From the human T2T-CHM13v2.0 reference genome, Homo sapiens, in the NCBI RefSeq assembly GCF_009914755.1, contig NC_060930.1: DNA of 64,000 nucleotides. One strand, written 5' to 3'. Shown in pieces: positions 37,771 through 54,494 of this stretch; the first letter of the stretch is position 1; every line of letters starts with the position of its first letter. The translations under genes and the position numbers were made by a program. The notes beneath the pieces are model-generated. The model made no database searches. It had not been told where the DNA came from and saw nothing but the letters and a program-made list of their open reading frames with translations.

Positions 37771-40700
37771 TTGTATCATTTTACTTTTTAACAATAAGTC
37801 ATTATCAATATATTAATTGTATAATTAAAATACTACAACTAAAAACTAAAGAAAAAACTGTTAGCAAAATGACTTATAGAGGAAAGTTGTACAAGTTCCT
37901 CCTTAAGTCTTAAAAAAAAATCAGTTTCCAATGGGTTGGTTTCTTCCTATCCACTTGAAATAAAAGGTGAGAGAAATGAGATGATATCATGATATAAAAT
38001 GACTAAAAAGTATGACCCTGTTTGAGAAATTCTTGACTAAGTGAAAAGTAACTTAAATTTTCATCAAATACTTATTATTTTATATTGATACAAAGATTAG
38101 CGATAAGAGTAATCAACCCAACTTTCTGTAGTAATTGGCAATAAGCGTTTGGATAAATCTTGAAGTTCACATTACATATGCTAAGCTACCAGAATCCGAC
38201 TATCTTCAAAACATCAGTAAAGCCAGTCACTGTCTAATATTTCCATATGGGTCTTTCCCAGATGCTCAGGGAAGGGGTACAAGAGGGTCCTTTAGCTCTT
38301 TAGTTACTCCATTCTGCTTTATCTGCTAACATACCTCAGAGGAATAAGATGACTCCAACCCCACAGTAAGAGAAGGATTTTATTCAACCCAAACAAAACC
38401 ATGAGGGGCTTCCCTCAGTGGATGTGCAGTAGTCTGTCCTAAGTGCTGGTCAGATTGCCATGTGTTAACAGTAAAACAGCATTTTTCCCCCTAATAGGTT
38501 AAATTTTTACAAAAACCAAAGCTCTAAAGCAAGCATGGTCCAGTGACAAACTCATTATTTTTATCATTACAAGTGTGGTTACTGTCACTATTATCAATGT
38601 TTAAATATGATGGAACTAACACAGTACAGAGCTCAGTGGAAGGAAAAGTCCATCTCAGTGAACTGTGCTATAGTAGTTTGGATGTATACACTATGCATCT
38701 TAACCTCAATTCCTTGGTATCCAGCTGTATGTTACAAGAGGAACTAGCATTCTTATCTGACTTAAAATCTGAAAAACTTTAAAAAATTAAACAATTGCTA
38801 TTAAGTCCTTTGGCAGACTGGGCCAGAATGTGATGACCTCCACCCACTTTGCTAAGTCTCTGCTCCTTCCAAATCCTCAGATGTCCTCTTTGTTCCAGGC
38901 ATATCTAATTACTTGGAGTTCCTCCAACACATCCTGTTCTCTCCGCATGTGCCACTGCATGTGTTCTTCCCTCTGCCTGGATATGCCTCCTAACTCTGTT
39001 GGTTTTCCCTGGCCCCCCTTGTTCTCCCAAACTAGTCAAGATCTTCTTTACCTGGCACACATTTGAGCTCTCAATAAGCATTTGTGAAAAGCGTCTTTTA
39101 TTGAACAAGTAACAGAATCACACCAGGAATGGGGCTAGAAAATCTCAAGGGTCCACTTTTGACCTCTTTTTCCTTTGACAACACTCTTCTTCAGGTTCAG
39201 AGGGGTGTCAGAATTGTATGTGTATTAATATATATTTGGCAAGTAAAGAGTGTAGGAGAGTAGGAAGAGAGAACAGAGACAAGGAGAAAGCTTTGGGAAA
39301 GTATCACTATTTTAAAGCAGAGAGATATTGAGGCAGCAGTAATACTAAAAATATACACACCATGACTCAGGAGAAACCAACTAGTAAAACCGAAAACCTT
39401 TTTATTTTAGACTTTTAAGAGGTAAATACCAAGGTTTAAAAATTATTAATATCATTAATATCTTTTAAACAGCAGTTTTCTAGTGTGTTATAGGGCTTGT
39501 GTGCATTCGTTCATCTGTTTCATCTGCACACGGTGGCTGGTGCTGCTGGCTCACCTTTTGGCTTCAGAATCCTCTGCAAACTGGCAGGACAGTCCCCTTT
39601 GTGCGAGAACCTGAGCTACGCTTGAGAGGGAGCTCATCCTAAGGAGGTGCGTTGGTGGAGTGTCAGATGCTGACAGGGCTGCCTCAGTAACAAAGCACTA
39701 ACTGAACATGAGAGGAGTAAAGTAATGTTAAGTGTAATAGGGGGTCTGTCGCTTGGGATTCTTCATGGCTCCATTCCCCAGGGGTCCCAGGGAGAGAGAG
39801 GCCGTGATGAAAAAGAATAGGATGTACTCATATAAGACACTGGGGGTGCCCTTGCAGTGCTTGTGATCTCTCTACCAGAACAGAAAAGAGGAGAAAGGTA
39901 TTCTCCTCAACGTTTCCACAGAATGCTGCGTGGAGTGTGTTACCTGCAAGCCTCCTGTGTCAGAAGTTGTGTCCAGCTAGACAAGAATCGGTGTCCAGCA
40001 GAGTCTGGGACACCTGGTATGAACGGCAGTGAGCACTGCCAAGTACTGCGCTCAGCAGGCAGCCGGCACTCCACACATGCAGGGCTGGGTGGTCAGTGGA
40101 TATGGGGGTCTTACCCAGCAGAGAGGGGCCTGAGCAAGAGAAGAGGACTACCCCACAGATGGCGTGAAAAAGACAGACCAGAATCACTCACAATCAATCC
40201 CGGGAGAACTCTTGAAAAAACTCTCTGGGTATGGGTATGTGTGTACGTCAATGGTGAAGAACAGGTACAGGGAATTTGTGAGGAGCTGGGGAAAGAACTG
40301 GTGAAACATAAATTATATACACACAAAAAATTTTGAGTTTGCCACTCAGCTGTGTATCACTGGTGCACAGAATGGTGCTTGGTTATCAGATATAACTTTA
40401 TCTTATTGGTTAAGCTTCTGAAATAGATTTTAAACATTTAAAATATATTCACGAAGCTTAAATGACTTGTGAATTAATTCACTGGTTACACAGAAATGTA
40501 CCAAGTTTAAGGAAACTCACTTTACTAAATAATGACTATCATAAATAGTCTCTTCTTAATAATGACTATAATAGTTTCTTTCCAGTCATTTTTCAAGTTA
40601 TGGCCTTCTCTCCAAGAGTATGGAAATAAAATCCAAACACATACTTGTAACATTCTGATCTCATTAGAATATATAAAATAACTTGCTTTAATTTCAAGTG

Positions 40701-43700
40701 AATAAAATGAAATCTGCCAAAGCTTCAATTTCATAATTAGAAATAAAATTATTCAGTGATTCAATGCTGAATATGTCTGAAACAGAAAAGAAAACAATGC
40801 TGCTAAGTTTGCAGTTCAAGATATTTGTAATGATTATTACAACTACTTCTTCCACAGGAAGTGGTGAGTGAATATAAAACTCCTTGGAGATTTCATCCAA
40901 AGCCAGATATCTGTATTCAGGACACCTTGGAACTGTACCAGTTTCTGGATTTGGGAACATGGGGAAGAATAAAACTCTTTCACAATTAAGAGCAGCAATG
41001 AAAGGAGATTCTGTCTGTGTGTGCTCTGGTTATCAAGTACTGACCAGAGGGGAAGCAGGTTGGCTATTCTGCATGTACAAGTGGTATCCTTTTGAATATG
41101 AAAACAAAGGAAAGCTTTTAATGACTTCTTGGAAAAAATATGGGCCAAATTTTATTTCTAACTTTTTAGGCAACAATCACATCTAAATTATTTCTATGTA
41201 TTTCTATATATTTTGAAAATAGCTACAGTATTTTGATATATTTATGGTAATCAAAAGGATTATTATTTTACTGTTAATACTGAGCAAGAGACAATCTGTG
41301 AGTCATCCGGACAGACTATTTTATATTTTCCTTCTTTTAAGCTATAAAACCAACCAATATGGGGATTTATTGAGCAATTCGGGTTCCATGCCTGCTGAAT
41401 GAAATCTTCAGCACGCGCTGTTTTGTTTGGCAGGACATTACCATCAAAGTGACGGTGAGCTGCCCTTGACTGCATCCTCTTTTCTAGGAGGTAAAGGAAA
41501 ATCATACCTCTCCCTCAGCATTTAAATCTGAATAATGTCAAATCAAATTGAGTACCATTAGGAGGAAAATAAATCACTAAAAAGAAAAATGCGGCCTGAG
41601 CTACGTGAGCAAAAAAATTGGTGAAACACTATACTTGGCCTCTATGATGGTTAGAGTATTACAAACTAACTTTAGATAATTGAATTTCATGTTAGTTTAA
41701 GCATCTTCTAGGATATCCTTGTAATTCACCTTAATTCATTCATCACTGTTCAATCATCAGCCCAACATAGTCTCCAAATATAGAGCTGATGAATAAAGAC
41801 AGACAACTCTATGGAGGGAGGGAAGAAAGAGGTGAAGAGTATTATCTATTTTACAGATGACGAGAGGCAAAAGACAAAGTTATTTATTACAAGCTATACA
41901 TCATGTGTGGCTAAGCCAGTGGCTTTGCCAAAATGATTGAGTCAAAATAAAGAAAATTATGTAAATGTAAGCCTCTGGCCCCCATTTTAAAATTGGCATT
42001 GTGTCACACACAATCTTCTCTCCAGGTTCTTCTTGGATATTGTTTTGAATCCTGCTAAATGAACACTTTTATGAAATACTACTATCCTTTTTCTTATTGA
42101 TAAATCATTTATATCCAATGGCCAATAGTACCTTATAATATGAAATGTTCCTTAAGTAAATATAATCATTTTAATATTCCTATTATTAGGTCCCTAGACA
42201 CCACTATTTTTTGTATTACAGGACAAAACTATGTACATGTATTCTCTAAGTACTTAGTATTACTGAATAAAATCATCTCCAAGGCCCCTTCTAGCTCTCA
42301 GTTTTAAAGAGACAATGATAATGAGTCTCTTTATTCTCCCATCATTCCTATTCTTTCCTCTCCTGCTTTCTTCTACATTCTTGAAGCCAGTAGGCAGAGT
42401 GCCAATTCATACAAAAAGTAAGAACTGGCTCTATAGTATTGTTGACCAAATATCAGCAATCAGCAAACATGAAATTATTACAGATTCTGAAACAAAAAGT
42501 ACAAATTTCTCAAAAGTAACCTTAACCTAAATTGGCTTTTTTGGAAAGCAGGTTGGTTAACTGGAGGAAAGGTATGTTGAGTTTGTTCCTAACCTCAACG
42601 GACAAATTTGTTTGGATTTCCCATGTATACATTTGAGAGAAACTGTTTCTTTCTGAAACTTTCTTCTGCATCTGTATTTCAGGAAACTCAGAGAGAAGGG
42701 ATAGATTACCGCCCAACACACAACCTTGGAAACTAAAGATTTCAGTGGCCTTGTTAAACTTCGCAGAATTCGCAGTGTGCAATGGTAGCACAAAGCAATG
42801 TTTTTGTAGGGGCAACGGCGTAATCTCATAAATTCTAGCAGCCACTGACCTCTAACACCATTCCTTGAAGAGAAAAATCATATTTCCTCAGTTTTCTTTA
42901 AAAGGCTAAGTAATAGCAGATTCAAGCCCTCCCCTCGGGTTCCCACTCTCCATCCACGCTGCCAACCCTGACAGCCAGCCCATTCTTTGCCTATATAAGA
43001 ATTTTGAAACCACTACTAAAAATAAGAATATAAACAAAATAAACAAGTATGCTAATTTTTTTAGCTTCATATATGGCGCCAATGTCTAAAGTATGTAAAA
43101 CTGATACAAATTTGGAAATGAACTGGGCAGACAGAACTGAAATCAGTAAAACTGAAATCTGCAGGCTTGTAATACTGAGTGATTTCTGTTTGGTAAATTG
43201 AGCTACTTCAGGCATTTCACTCATTCAACAATTTTTTTGTTCAAAAGTCTTCTTTTGAATGCTTTTCTTCAGTGTAACTTCTAGTAGTTTTAAAATGAAC
43301 AAATGCCTATTTGAAACAATTATAAGTGTATCATAAAAATTAAAACAAAGTTAGAAAAGCACACCCATTCAAAGCCATACAAATACTTTAAGAGATTACC
43401 AAATTTTCTTTAAAAAGTTTATGGATCAATGTCTTCCCTTGTCTATTAGATACTACTTGATTTCTATAAAATAAAATGTACAGTAGTTGTTATTTTCATG
43501 GTTTTATGACTTTAAAAATATTTTCTCTGCAGAAGTCTTCACCCAGTTTTAGCCTCTCAGCTCTCAAAAATAATTTTTCTTTTTAGATAATGCTTTTTAG
43601 AACTGTATCATTATAGAGAATGTTAACTGCTGTAATGAATGCAGCTGTAAAAGACTTATAGTCTTTTTGCTTCCAACCTTTAAAAGAAAAAGGGTCAGTT

Positions 43701-44594
43701 CGGTAACTCTAATGGGTAGTGGCTCTGGGTAGCGAAGTGGGGTGGTGAGAAACATTCCTGAGTTTCCTAAGCAGATAAGCCATCAAGCTTTCAGGATGGT
43801 GAAGTGGAAGCAGCGACTGCAAGAGCCAGTTATGACAGCGTGGCTTCCCCTTTGCTAGTGCTAGCAGCCTGATGAGTGGTTCTAACTGTTCCTCAAAGGG
43901 CAGCCAAAATTAGTCTCCAGAGAAGACTTAAAGTATCCTGCTCTGATTCCATAAAAATAAGTGTATATTGGGTTTAGATGTATTAGAAAAGTTAAAGAAG
44001 GAGATGTTAGACTATGAATTTTTTTCATTGTCTTTTAAAGGAGAAAGTCCCGCCAACTCATTTGCATAGCCTTAAAATAGCCATGGTTGAAAATGCAAAT
44101 GGCTCCTGTAACCAGCAAGTAGTAGTGCCGTTTGGGTCGGGCTGTGCTAGGCTGCCAAGATACAGGTGGGCAGCATGTGGCAGGAAATCCTTTTGTGATC
44201 CTTCTGGGCTATAACAGGAGAGGCAAGCAGACTGTTGCACGTTAATCCTGGACATGGGAGTGAAGTGTTGTACTACGGACATCCAGGACAGCCACCAAGA
44301 AACTGATTCTTAGAGAGCCTCCTTTGTTTCACTCGACTAACTAGGAGTTGCAGGGAAACTGAAGCTGTTTTTAGCACTTTTGTCATTTGTCTTTTTCCAT
44401 TTGTCTTTGTCCACACTCTTACCTCGTACTAAAAGGCCTCTCTAGCTTTATATGTATGCAGCATATGGAATAGAATAACAGGATTTATTGCCATCTGTGG
44501 ATCATAGCTTGATTTCTTCATATCAACCTTACATAGCTATATGGAGTATTATTTATATCTAATAGATTAACTATCCTTACATAGAGATTTCTTT

Positions 44595-44812
44595 TAAAAT
44601 ATTTAATTGACAAAAATTGTATTTATTTATGGTGCATATGATGTGAAATATGCATACAGTGTGGAATGGTGAAATCAAGCTAATTAACACATCCATTACC
44701 TCACATCCTTATCATTTTTTTGTAGTGAGAACACTTAACTGTAATCACCATGTTTTTCGATATATCTCTTGAACCTCCTGTCTAATGGAAATTTTGTATC
44801 CTTTGACCAACA
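44595..44812 (-). mobile_element. L1MA 3'-end fragment
   Basis: aaatcaagctaattaacacatccattacctcacat...tttgaccaaca. Confidence 0.65.
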
Positions 44813-46745
44813 AGAGATTTATATCTTTAGATAAAATAATATTTTAAAAGTTTTGGTGTAAATGCTTCTCACTTCTTAAGCTTACTGTCTATGTTTTATG
44901 AAAAATAACTTTAAAAGTATAGTATAAATCAACATCGATTTTTACTATAGAAATTCACTTCCCATCACACAGCATTGTAAAGGCTCAAGAATGAGCTCTG
45001 CATGGTCCAGAGTCTTTGTTAGGAACAGAAATGAGCTCAGAAACAAGTGACTTTTTTTAAACCTCAGATGAGTAGGAGCAGCTTATTGGCTCTCGTCATA
45101 TGGGAGAGTCATGGACTTTTTAACTCTCCACCCAAAGCCGGAAATAATTGGTTTCTACAATAATTCTGATAGAAATTTACCCACCTTACTGGAAAGACTT
45201 CTTACTACTCTGTAAGGTAGCACATTCCATTTTAAAAATGTTTCTTGTTTTTAGAAAGTCCTACTTTATTTTGTGCTAAAAATCTTTCCCCATTCAACTG
45301 TTACCCATAAATCCTAATTCTTTCCTCTGGAGTTACACAAAACTAGTATTATTTTTCTTCCACACGAGAGCCCTTCAGATATTTGATTAGAGGTATTAAT
45401 TCACCCCCTGCTTTCACCTTTCTTAGGCAAGCAGCCTCAGGAAATTCAACTTATCCCGTTCTCCTCTCCCTCCCTCCCTGCCTTTCTCTGCTTTACTATG
45501 TGGACTGACCTTTCCTACTTTCCACAAGCACTAACTGAACATCTACTAGGTATTAGGCATTAGACACATGCCCATATAAAGGACATGAGCTCCAGACTCT
45601 CACCTTTTTCAGCATTCTTTCTAAATTGATTCCAGTTTGTCAACATTTCTCTTTCAATAGAGCCCTCAGAAGTGAACATTTTCAGAATGTCGTAGAACTA
45701 TTATCTTTCTTACTCTGAACATCGTATTTCTCTTGGTATACCCAATTCCTTTTGCCTGAGCCTTGCTATTTTCCCCAATGCTATTCCTCCAAATGGGTCT
45801 AATTTGGACTTTGGGGGAAAAAAAACCTACACACATGGGTTTCTCTTCTTTTCCATCAAGCAACTGATGACAATAGAGTTCCTCTATAACTATGTATAAG
45901 TTGCTTTGGTTATAGGATGTCTTTTCCTCTTTGGAGATTTGGTTTCTAGCTTTAGATCTGGATATAGCATTTTAATGCCATAATAGATTAAGTCATCCTA
46001 GAACACTGTTTCCCTCATTTGCTGTGGCTGGGAAGGTAAGCCATTGCTTGACTTACATCCTGTTAATCTGACTCTTTAGTCTGGCCACTGTATAGAGATT
46101 CTGCCTTTGACTAGACGCAGGTGTGGACAAACAGGCTGATCTGTGGTTGGGTGGCTTCCGTCCAGAGAAACTGTCTCCATCAGAAGAGGATATTGCCTCC
46201 AAGTGGAAGAATGGTTATAGGCTTTTTTACCTATTGATTGGTTTATAAAGAAAAAAATTAAATTATCTCACACTAGCTACCCCACAGCAGCCATGAAAGC
46301 TTGCTTTTTATGGTATTTTTTTTTTCACTTTAAAATAATGTATCAAGAATTTTCTAATTGCCAGTTCAGAGTTGCCCCCCATCACTGATTTCTTCATTAT
46401 AAAAACTACAAATGATAGTAATAATAGTAATATATTTATTATAAAGAACTAGAATGTGTTTATTAGATACCAGCCATTGTACTGGGCACATTATATCCTA
46501 TTATCTCACTATTACTTCATTTAGTTCTCGAAACTACTCTATAAGGCAGGTATGTTCATCCCCCTTTGACAGATCAGGAAAATGGGACTTAAGAGAGGTA
46601 AAGCAACTTGCCTGATTTCATAGAGCTGGTAAATGAGACTGTAGCATCTTCTTGTCACTCATTCATGGGGTGATTATTTTTAATCAGTCCTGAGTATGGT
46701 TCAGGGTGGGGCATCACTTAAGGCTATGGTTAAAAGAGGTAGCAT

Positions 46746-46960
46746 GAGCCTGGGCAACACGGCAAAACTTTGTCTCTACAAAAAAAAAAAAAAAAAAAAA
46801 AAGCTGGGAGTGTTAGCACATGCCTGTAGTCCTAGCTACGCAGGAGGCTGAGGCGCAAGAATTACTTGAGCCTGGGAGGCGGAAGCTGTAGGGAGACAAG
46901 ATCGCGCCACTGCACTTCAGCCCGGGGCGACAGAGGGAGATCTCAAAAAAAAAAAAAAAA
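46746..46960 (+). mobile_element. 5'-truncated Alu
   Basis: End of left arm, long A linker, right arm and tail. Confidence 0.85.
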
Positions 46961-48116
46961 GGTAGGCTGGCATTCAGTGTGGTTCACTGCAAAGGGCAGG
47001 AGTTTTACGCAGGTTCTAGTTTTGGCTCTGACACTAAGTCGCTGCGTAACTTTGGGCCAAATGTTATCTTTGAACATATCTTCATTCTCTATAAAATGAG
47101 AATTATCATCCTAACTTCGCAGTGTGGTTGTGAAGACTCAATGATTTCATACTTGTAAAAGCATCTATGACAGGCCTGTACACAGAGTAGAAGTTGAATA
47201 GATAGTCACTGATTCAGTGTTCTGCATTTTCAAATCCCAATGCAGGGGCATACTGTCGTAGCCTCACAACTCCCACTGTATCAGGCTTGGATAATCTAAG
47301 GGGAGTGACATCGTATAGCAGAAATGTCCCTTCATTAATCAGTGCTTGTCTCAAGAGTGATGTCTTTTTAAAGAAAAATCAGAAGAGAAAGTGCAGTGGT
47401 ATAAAAGGGAGAATAACAAAATTCCAGTTTGGGGTTTACCATTGTTGACTGGTTGACAGTCAATGTAACTATTCTCAAAGGTCAATTAGTTTTTGTGGGA
47501 AAAGAGAAACACTGAGAGGACACTGCATGCAGTGGGTTGGAACCCTTTCACAACTGACTTACAAGTAGGAAACAAATATTTATGGTGTGCAATTTGTTTG
47601 AGTAAAAATGCTCTCCTTATTCCTTTATGCTCACTGCCCAGCTTGCCTCAGTTTCCCTATTTGTAAAGAGGGAATGGCAGTACCAACTCCCAGGGTTGCT
47701 GTGGGGATATGGGAATACAGTAAAGGTTCTTATGACAATGCTGGGACATAGTAAGAATTTAATAAATGTAATTGGTTGCAGCTATTGTTGGTATTTGGCT
47801 ATTCTCTCTCTTTCCACACATGAGAAAATATGCTTATCCCTTTCACTGATGGTAAGAATGACAAACACAAATTTCTATTAATACAACTTGTCCTTTAGTT
47901 CTCTAAAACTGCATGGATGTGGAGTCTGACCTGGTAAGGCCTTTTAGATGCCAATTCAGTCAGCCAAGAAGGAAGGATTAGGGTCTAAGAAAACAATAGA
48001 AGGCCCTCCTGCCCTGTAGCTCATCTGTCCTAGATGTGCTATTCTTAACAGACCTCTGATCTGGGACTCCAATGCAGATCCCAGATCCTTATTTTTAACT
48101 TGGGGAAAAAGTGTAA

Positions 48117-48503
<387 letters not shown>

Positions 48504-48559
48504 ATTCAAATCTTTTTAAACTAATTTAAATAAACACGTACTGGGCACTAAGAAATGAA

Positions 48560-49720
48560 ACACAACTGATAAAGTTCTCACTCCCTTTGTACATCTTCCC
48601 AATCCTGTGTCCCCTGTTCATTCATCAGATATAACTGCTGCAATCAACTTGATGTCAAGCCTTCCAGTCTATGGTTTTATATATTTACATGCAGATATTC
48701 ACAAGCAAAAATAGTTTTGTACGTTTTAAGGATTTATATGCACTATAACGTAGCACACTTATCTTTCTGCAGCTTGTTCTGTCATTCAAGATTTTTTTTT
48801 GAGATCTATTCATGTTGACACGGCAGCTCTGGCTCATTCACTGTAACTGTTGTATAGTATTCCATCTTATGAATATTCCATATTGTCATTTGTCCACCTC
48901 CTTACTAATGGATATATTCGGTTATTTCCCATTTTTCTGCTATTACAAAAAATGCTGCTTTATACAAATCTCCTTATGTTTATTAATGAGAATTTCTTTG
49001 GGAATAAATCTCTGTGGAATTGCTACATTGGGGAATACATTTTTATTTGAAAACTACCACAAAGCTCTAAAAATGTATGGAACTTGCTACTGTCAGAATT
49101 GTTAAATTTTGCCAAGTTCATGAGTCTGACATGGTTTTAATTTGCAATTCCTTATTACTACTGAAGTTGCGTATGTCTTTAAATATTTATTGGCTATGCA
49201 GGTTTCCTCTTCAGTGAGCTGCCATTAAATAACCTTTACCCATGTCTCTAATGGATGGCTTGTCTTCTGTTTATTGATTTATAAGGGTCATTTACACATT
49301 CCTAGTGCTAATCTTTTGTTATATACACTGCAAATAACTTCTCCTCCTTTAAAAAGAAAAAATCTGTATGGTGTCTTCTGTCATCTCAAAATTTTCAAAC
49401 TCTGATGTGGTCAAATGTCACTTTTTATGGTTTGTGTTTAATCTTGCTTAAGAAATTATTCCTGCCATAACCTCTATTTTCTAACAGTTCCAAAGCTTAA
49501 TTTTTCTTTAGGTTTTTAAATGATCTCAATTTATTTTTGCATATTGTTATCAGGTAGAGATCTAATTTTATTTTGTCCCATATGAAAGGCCATTTGTCCC
49601 AACATCATTCCTCAAACAGTCCTTTCCACACTCATTTGTAGTGCTACTCCTCTCTTATAGCAAGTTCCCATATCTGCACCAGACTTTCTCTTTTGGCCTC
49701 ACTAATCTAGTTGTCTATTC
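48560..49720 (-). mobile_element. Degenerate ancient L1 (L1M/L1ME)
   Basis: Diverged L1 3' motifs (tagtattccat...; ggttttaatttgcaattcc; tatttattggctat). Confidence 0.55.
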
Positions 49721-52108
49721 CAAACTTTCTGCATCACTACAGCAAACCACAGATGTTTTCCTCTTGTACATATCAATGAACTAAAAGTCAAAGACTTGGG
49801 CTCAGGTTTCCAGTCGGCTACAGACATGTAGAGAAGTTACTTTTTCTGTGCTTTAGTTTTGTTATCCATATCATGTAGAGTTTATTCTATTTTTCCACCT
49901 GGCTCCTGCACAAGGTTAAGGTCTTACCTATGAAAGAACTTCAAGGCCATAAGTTGTTCCATCATATTATTAAATAGCAGAACATATTCTCCTAATGGCT
50001 GACAAAATTAATTTTCACATCTTTTTACACAATTTGGATAAATGTTTCCTATACAAAAAAAAAAAAAAAAATGTAGAGGAGACTAGGATAGGGCCTCTAT
50101 AGGGTCACATAAATTTAGGTTTAATCCTTAGCTTTTTCTACTCTATGTACTAAACCATGGACAAATCCTGGAAATTTAGTTGCACATGCCACATATTTTC
50201 CAATGGAAAAAGGATAATCAAATATTCCTCAAACAATTACAAAATACAGTCATCCTCTGTATGCATGAATCTGCATCCGTGGATTCAGCCAATCACTTAC
50301 TAGTTTATGACTCTGAATGAAATAATCTCAGTCTCAGTTTCTTCAAACATGGGAAAGTGACTTTACATGCCTGTTCATTTATCAGACAAGTATTATTTGA
50401 GCATCTACTGTCTGCAGGTACCTTTCTAGTGCTGAAGTTACAGCAATAAAGAAGTTCTTGCCCTTACAGAGTTTATATTGCAGTAAGGGAGACAGATAAT
50501 ACACAAGTAAACAAAGATAAACAAGTAACTAATAACATGCAATTGAGACGACGCCCTGAAAGTGTTCTATAAATGGAAACATACTAACATATGGTATTCT
50601 AACTTACTATCACTAGGAATGTGGTAGAAAGTTCCTCTGAAGTTGATCACAAATTAGAGGTGTAATTATTTTATTTGAAATAAGCTGGTAGGGAATCAAG
50701 CCATACCAGAGACCCAGAAACTTCATTCCATTTGGTTCCAAGTACTCCTCTAGCCTTTTCTTCGACCAGTCCCTTACACAGTAAACTTCATTCCAGCCAG
50801 GCTGGTCTATTTACTGCCCCTAAATGTCTACCTATCTTGCCCCCTTCTAACATTCTCCCCTCCTAGATGACACAAAGTCTATTCTCCACTTATTTAGTTT
50901 TTTACTCCTACACTATTTAAGTGTATTAAGTCTAGGCAATTTTCACTATTTCCAAACTGACCGAGAAAAAGTTAAAAAAGAAGTTATGTGCATATATGCA
51001 TTCTTTTCCTCATTATTTCCAACACAATACACGAATCCAATACACTTAAGAGTTTCTGATGTATTTAGGATTTTCATAACTGAAATAATGAGAATGCAGT
51101 GTGTACAACAGAGGATGAAAGATATATTTTCTTAAGGGTAAATTTTTAGGGGTTAAGGCTTTAGATTAAGCACTGTTGAGGAGCTCAAGACAGGCAATTT
51201 GATGTAGGTGGTTGGGCAAATAGCTAAGGTTTAATCTGATTATGTAGAGCTCTTAAGATTTTCTGAAGTTATGTTTCAAATCAATGAAACAATTTTCAAA
51301 AAACATTCAGTTTTATGAGTGCATAAGTGAGAACCATTCAATAAGAAAAGTTGTTTTGAAACAAGCATATAGTTAAGATTTTCAATTTTCACTGATTAAT
51401 AAAACTCATGTAACCCGAAGAGGAAGAAACAAAAATCAGAGAATAAAACCTTTATCACTTTTTTTATCCTCCCCAGAAGAAAAATCCTTAATGTCGAAAC
51501 TAAAATCCATCATGACAGGAATATGAGAATTTTTAAAAATGTAAATACATGTGGATTAATCAAGATTGTTTTATAAAAATCTCTATTCCAGGCATAGAGA
51601 AAAAAGTTAGGATTGTAAAGATAAACATGATTAAGTTTCTGTGGGTAGCAGCCACCAGTTTTGAGTGTTTACTATCAAGGAATCTTCACTATGTGTGAGT
51701 ATACATATTTTAGCCATGAGAATACTGATATTCAAATGACTAAACAATTAGTAAGAAGTGGAGTAGGGAACTGAATCCAGGAGTGTGTGGTTAAAGAGAG
51801 AATTTTTCAGAAGCTGGCAATATGAAAATAAGTGGAAAGAAGTGACATATTAGTTCAGCCCCTTTATAACCTCCCTATCCAGTCTCTCCCAGCCCTGTAT
51901 ATTATGAAAATAAGATTAAACTTCCTAAATGATATTTTCATCATTTGACTCCCCATTTCAAAAGCCTAATTGTTCTCTATTACCTACAAAATCTAGAAGA
52001 AACTTCTTAGCCTCAAATTCAAGACTCTTTAAAATTTGACTTCTCTCTCCTAGCATAAATCCCATTATCCTGTTGGTCCACAAACTTCACACATTTAAAA
52101 AACACTTA

Positions 52109-52612
<504 letters not shown>

Positions 52613-54494
52613 TTAAAAACACTTACTGAGCACCTAATCTGTGCTAGGCTCTGTGAAAACAGCCTTGTCCATAAATTGCTCAGAGTATAGTGTTCCATAA
52701 ATATATTTGTGTTACTACTTTCTGGGGCCTTCACCCAGTTATTTCTCCTAAATAGACTGTTCTGTTCTATCCTACATTCCTTCCTTCCCTACATACCAAA
52801 ATCCAACCCCTTCATGAAGCATACACAAAACGATTTTGCTAGAAGTTCTTCCCATTCATTTGGACCCCTAGAGCGTAAGATTTCAAATTTGTGTGCACTT
52901 GATTGTTGGTATACAGATCCCTAGGCCCCTCCTCAGAGATTCTCATTCTGTAGGTCCGACCTCACGTAGCCTAGGAATGTGCATTTAAATATATCTGTCA
53001 GATTCCTAGGTCCATGCTCCTTCTATCCATCCTTTCACACAATCGGTTTCATCATTTTCTCCTCTCACTGAATTGACTGCTGAGTACTGTGGTGTCACAC
53101 AGACATAGTCTTGATCTCAGCTTTATTAATCCCAGTGATGTTGGCTCTTTAGCTACCAGCCACCTCTTGGTCCTGAACACATTCTTGCCATGATAAAAAA
53201 TAAAAGTTACCTATGCTGTAGGGTCTAGATTTTTTTGTCATAATATTACTAGTCGCATTATTAGACTAAGTCTTTCTATTGGATGGAATGGCACATGGAC
53301 ACGGAGGCACATTTACTGGACTGAGTGGTCCAAACACTGCTGACTTGTGAAGTATGCTTGCACTGGAAGAGACAAAAGAATCTCTTTTTGTACTACAGAT
53401 TTCATGAAGCAGGGGCTGTCTTTTATATTTAAATTGACAGTGCTTACACACTGCCTCTAATTGAGCAGTACTGAGCACGTGCTGAATGAATGAACAATGA
53501 GTGTATCTAATCAAAAAAATGACTGAGGCAATGTATTTGCATGTCTCGAGAGCAATTTTAAAGAATATGTATTCAACGTAGAGAGCATATTTCTTTCCTT
53601 CAAAAGGAGAACAAATGCAAAATATTAATTCCAAAGTTTACACTAAGGACTTAAGACTGTTACAGACATATGTTCTGTCTTACACGAAGCAAGTACTGAT
53701 GAGATTAGTGTTACGAAAGGTATTAAAATAGGGTGTTTCTGCTTACTTTTAAAATTGTAAACAGAAAGTCATTTATGAGATAGTAAACCTAATTTACAAA
53801 AGGAACATGATAGCATTTTAGTAGCAGTGGCAGGACTTTAAAAGCTTTGATGTCATAATCCTGCTATTTTTTAACAGAGAAACATGGCTTCCAAAATATA
53901 GTGAAGCCAGTGTGGTTGCTTTGTATTCATGAGTTTGATGCAGACTTCAGGCAGTAAATCTCAAAATGACTTGTGATATATGCCATTTTTTTTAGGAGTC
54001 TGAACACAGAAAAGGCCAAAGGAAAGGGGGCATTCTCTTCCTTACAAAGGAATAACAATTCCCTGGGCTCTGGAGATTGAGATGTGAAATAGCCCACATG
54101 TACCATTTCGACTGCGTTGCCCCGGAGGAAAGCACAGCCAACTGAGTATTTTTCTGACATCCCAAAGCACGCTCTTCAGCATAAATTCACCACTGACATT
54201 AGAACAGTCATGAAATCTGCATTTCCAAAAGTCAAGGAAGCTACAGATCCAAGAGAATGTCTTCCCTGTAACAATTTCAGGAAAGCTTCTAGAATGGGAG
54301 CAGAAAGGATCAAGGTATTGGCTTCCTGTTTGTCCCAGCATGCCTTGGAGAACACTCTGCATAGACCTTCCAGAGACAAAATAGAACATCAGTTGTTCAG
54401 AACTGAATTTTCAGGAAAATTGAAAATAGCCTAATTTTACTTTTGCCTTATGGACATATTCTGTTTTCTTCTTTCAAAGCATGAGTTAATTTTT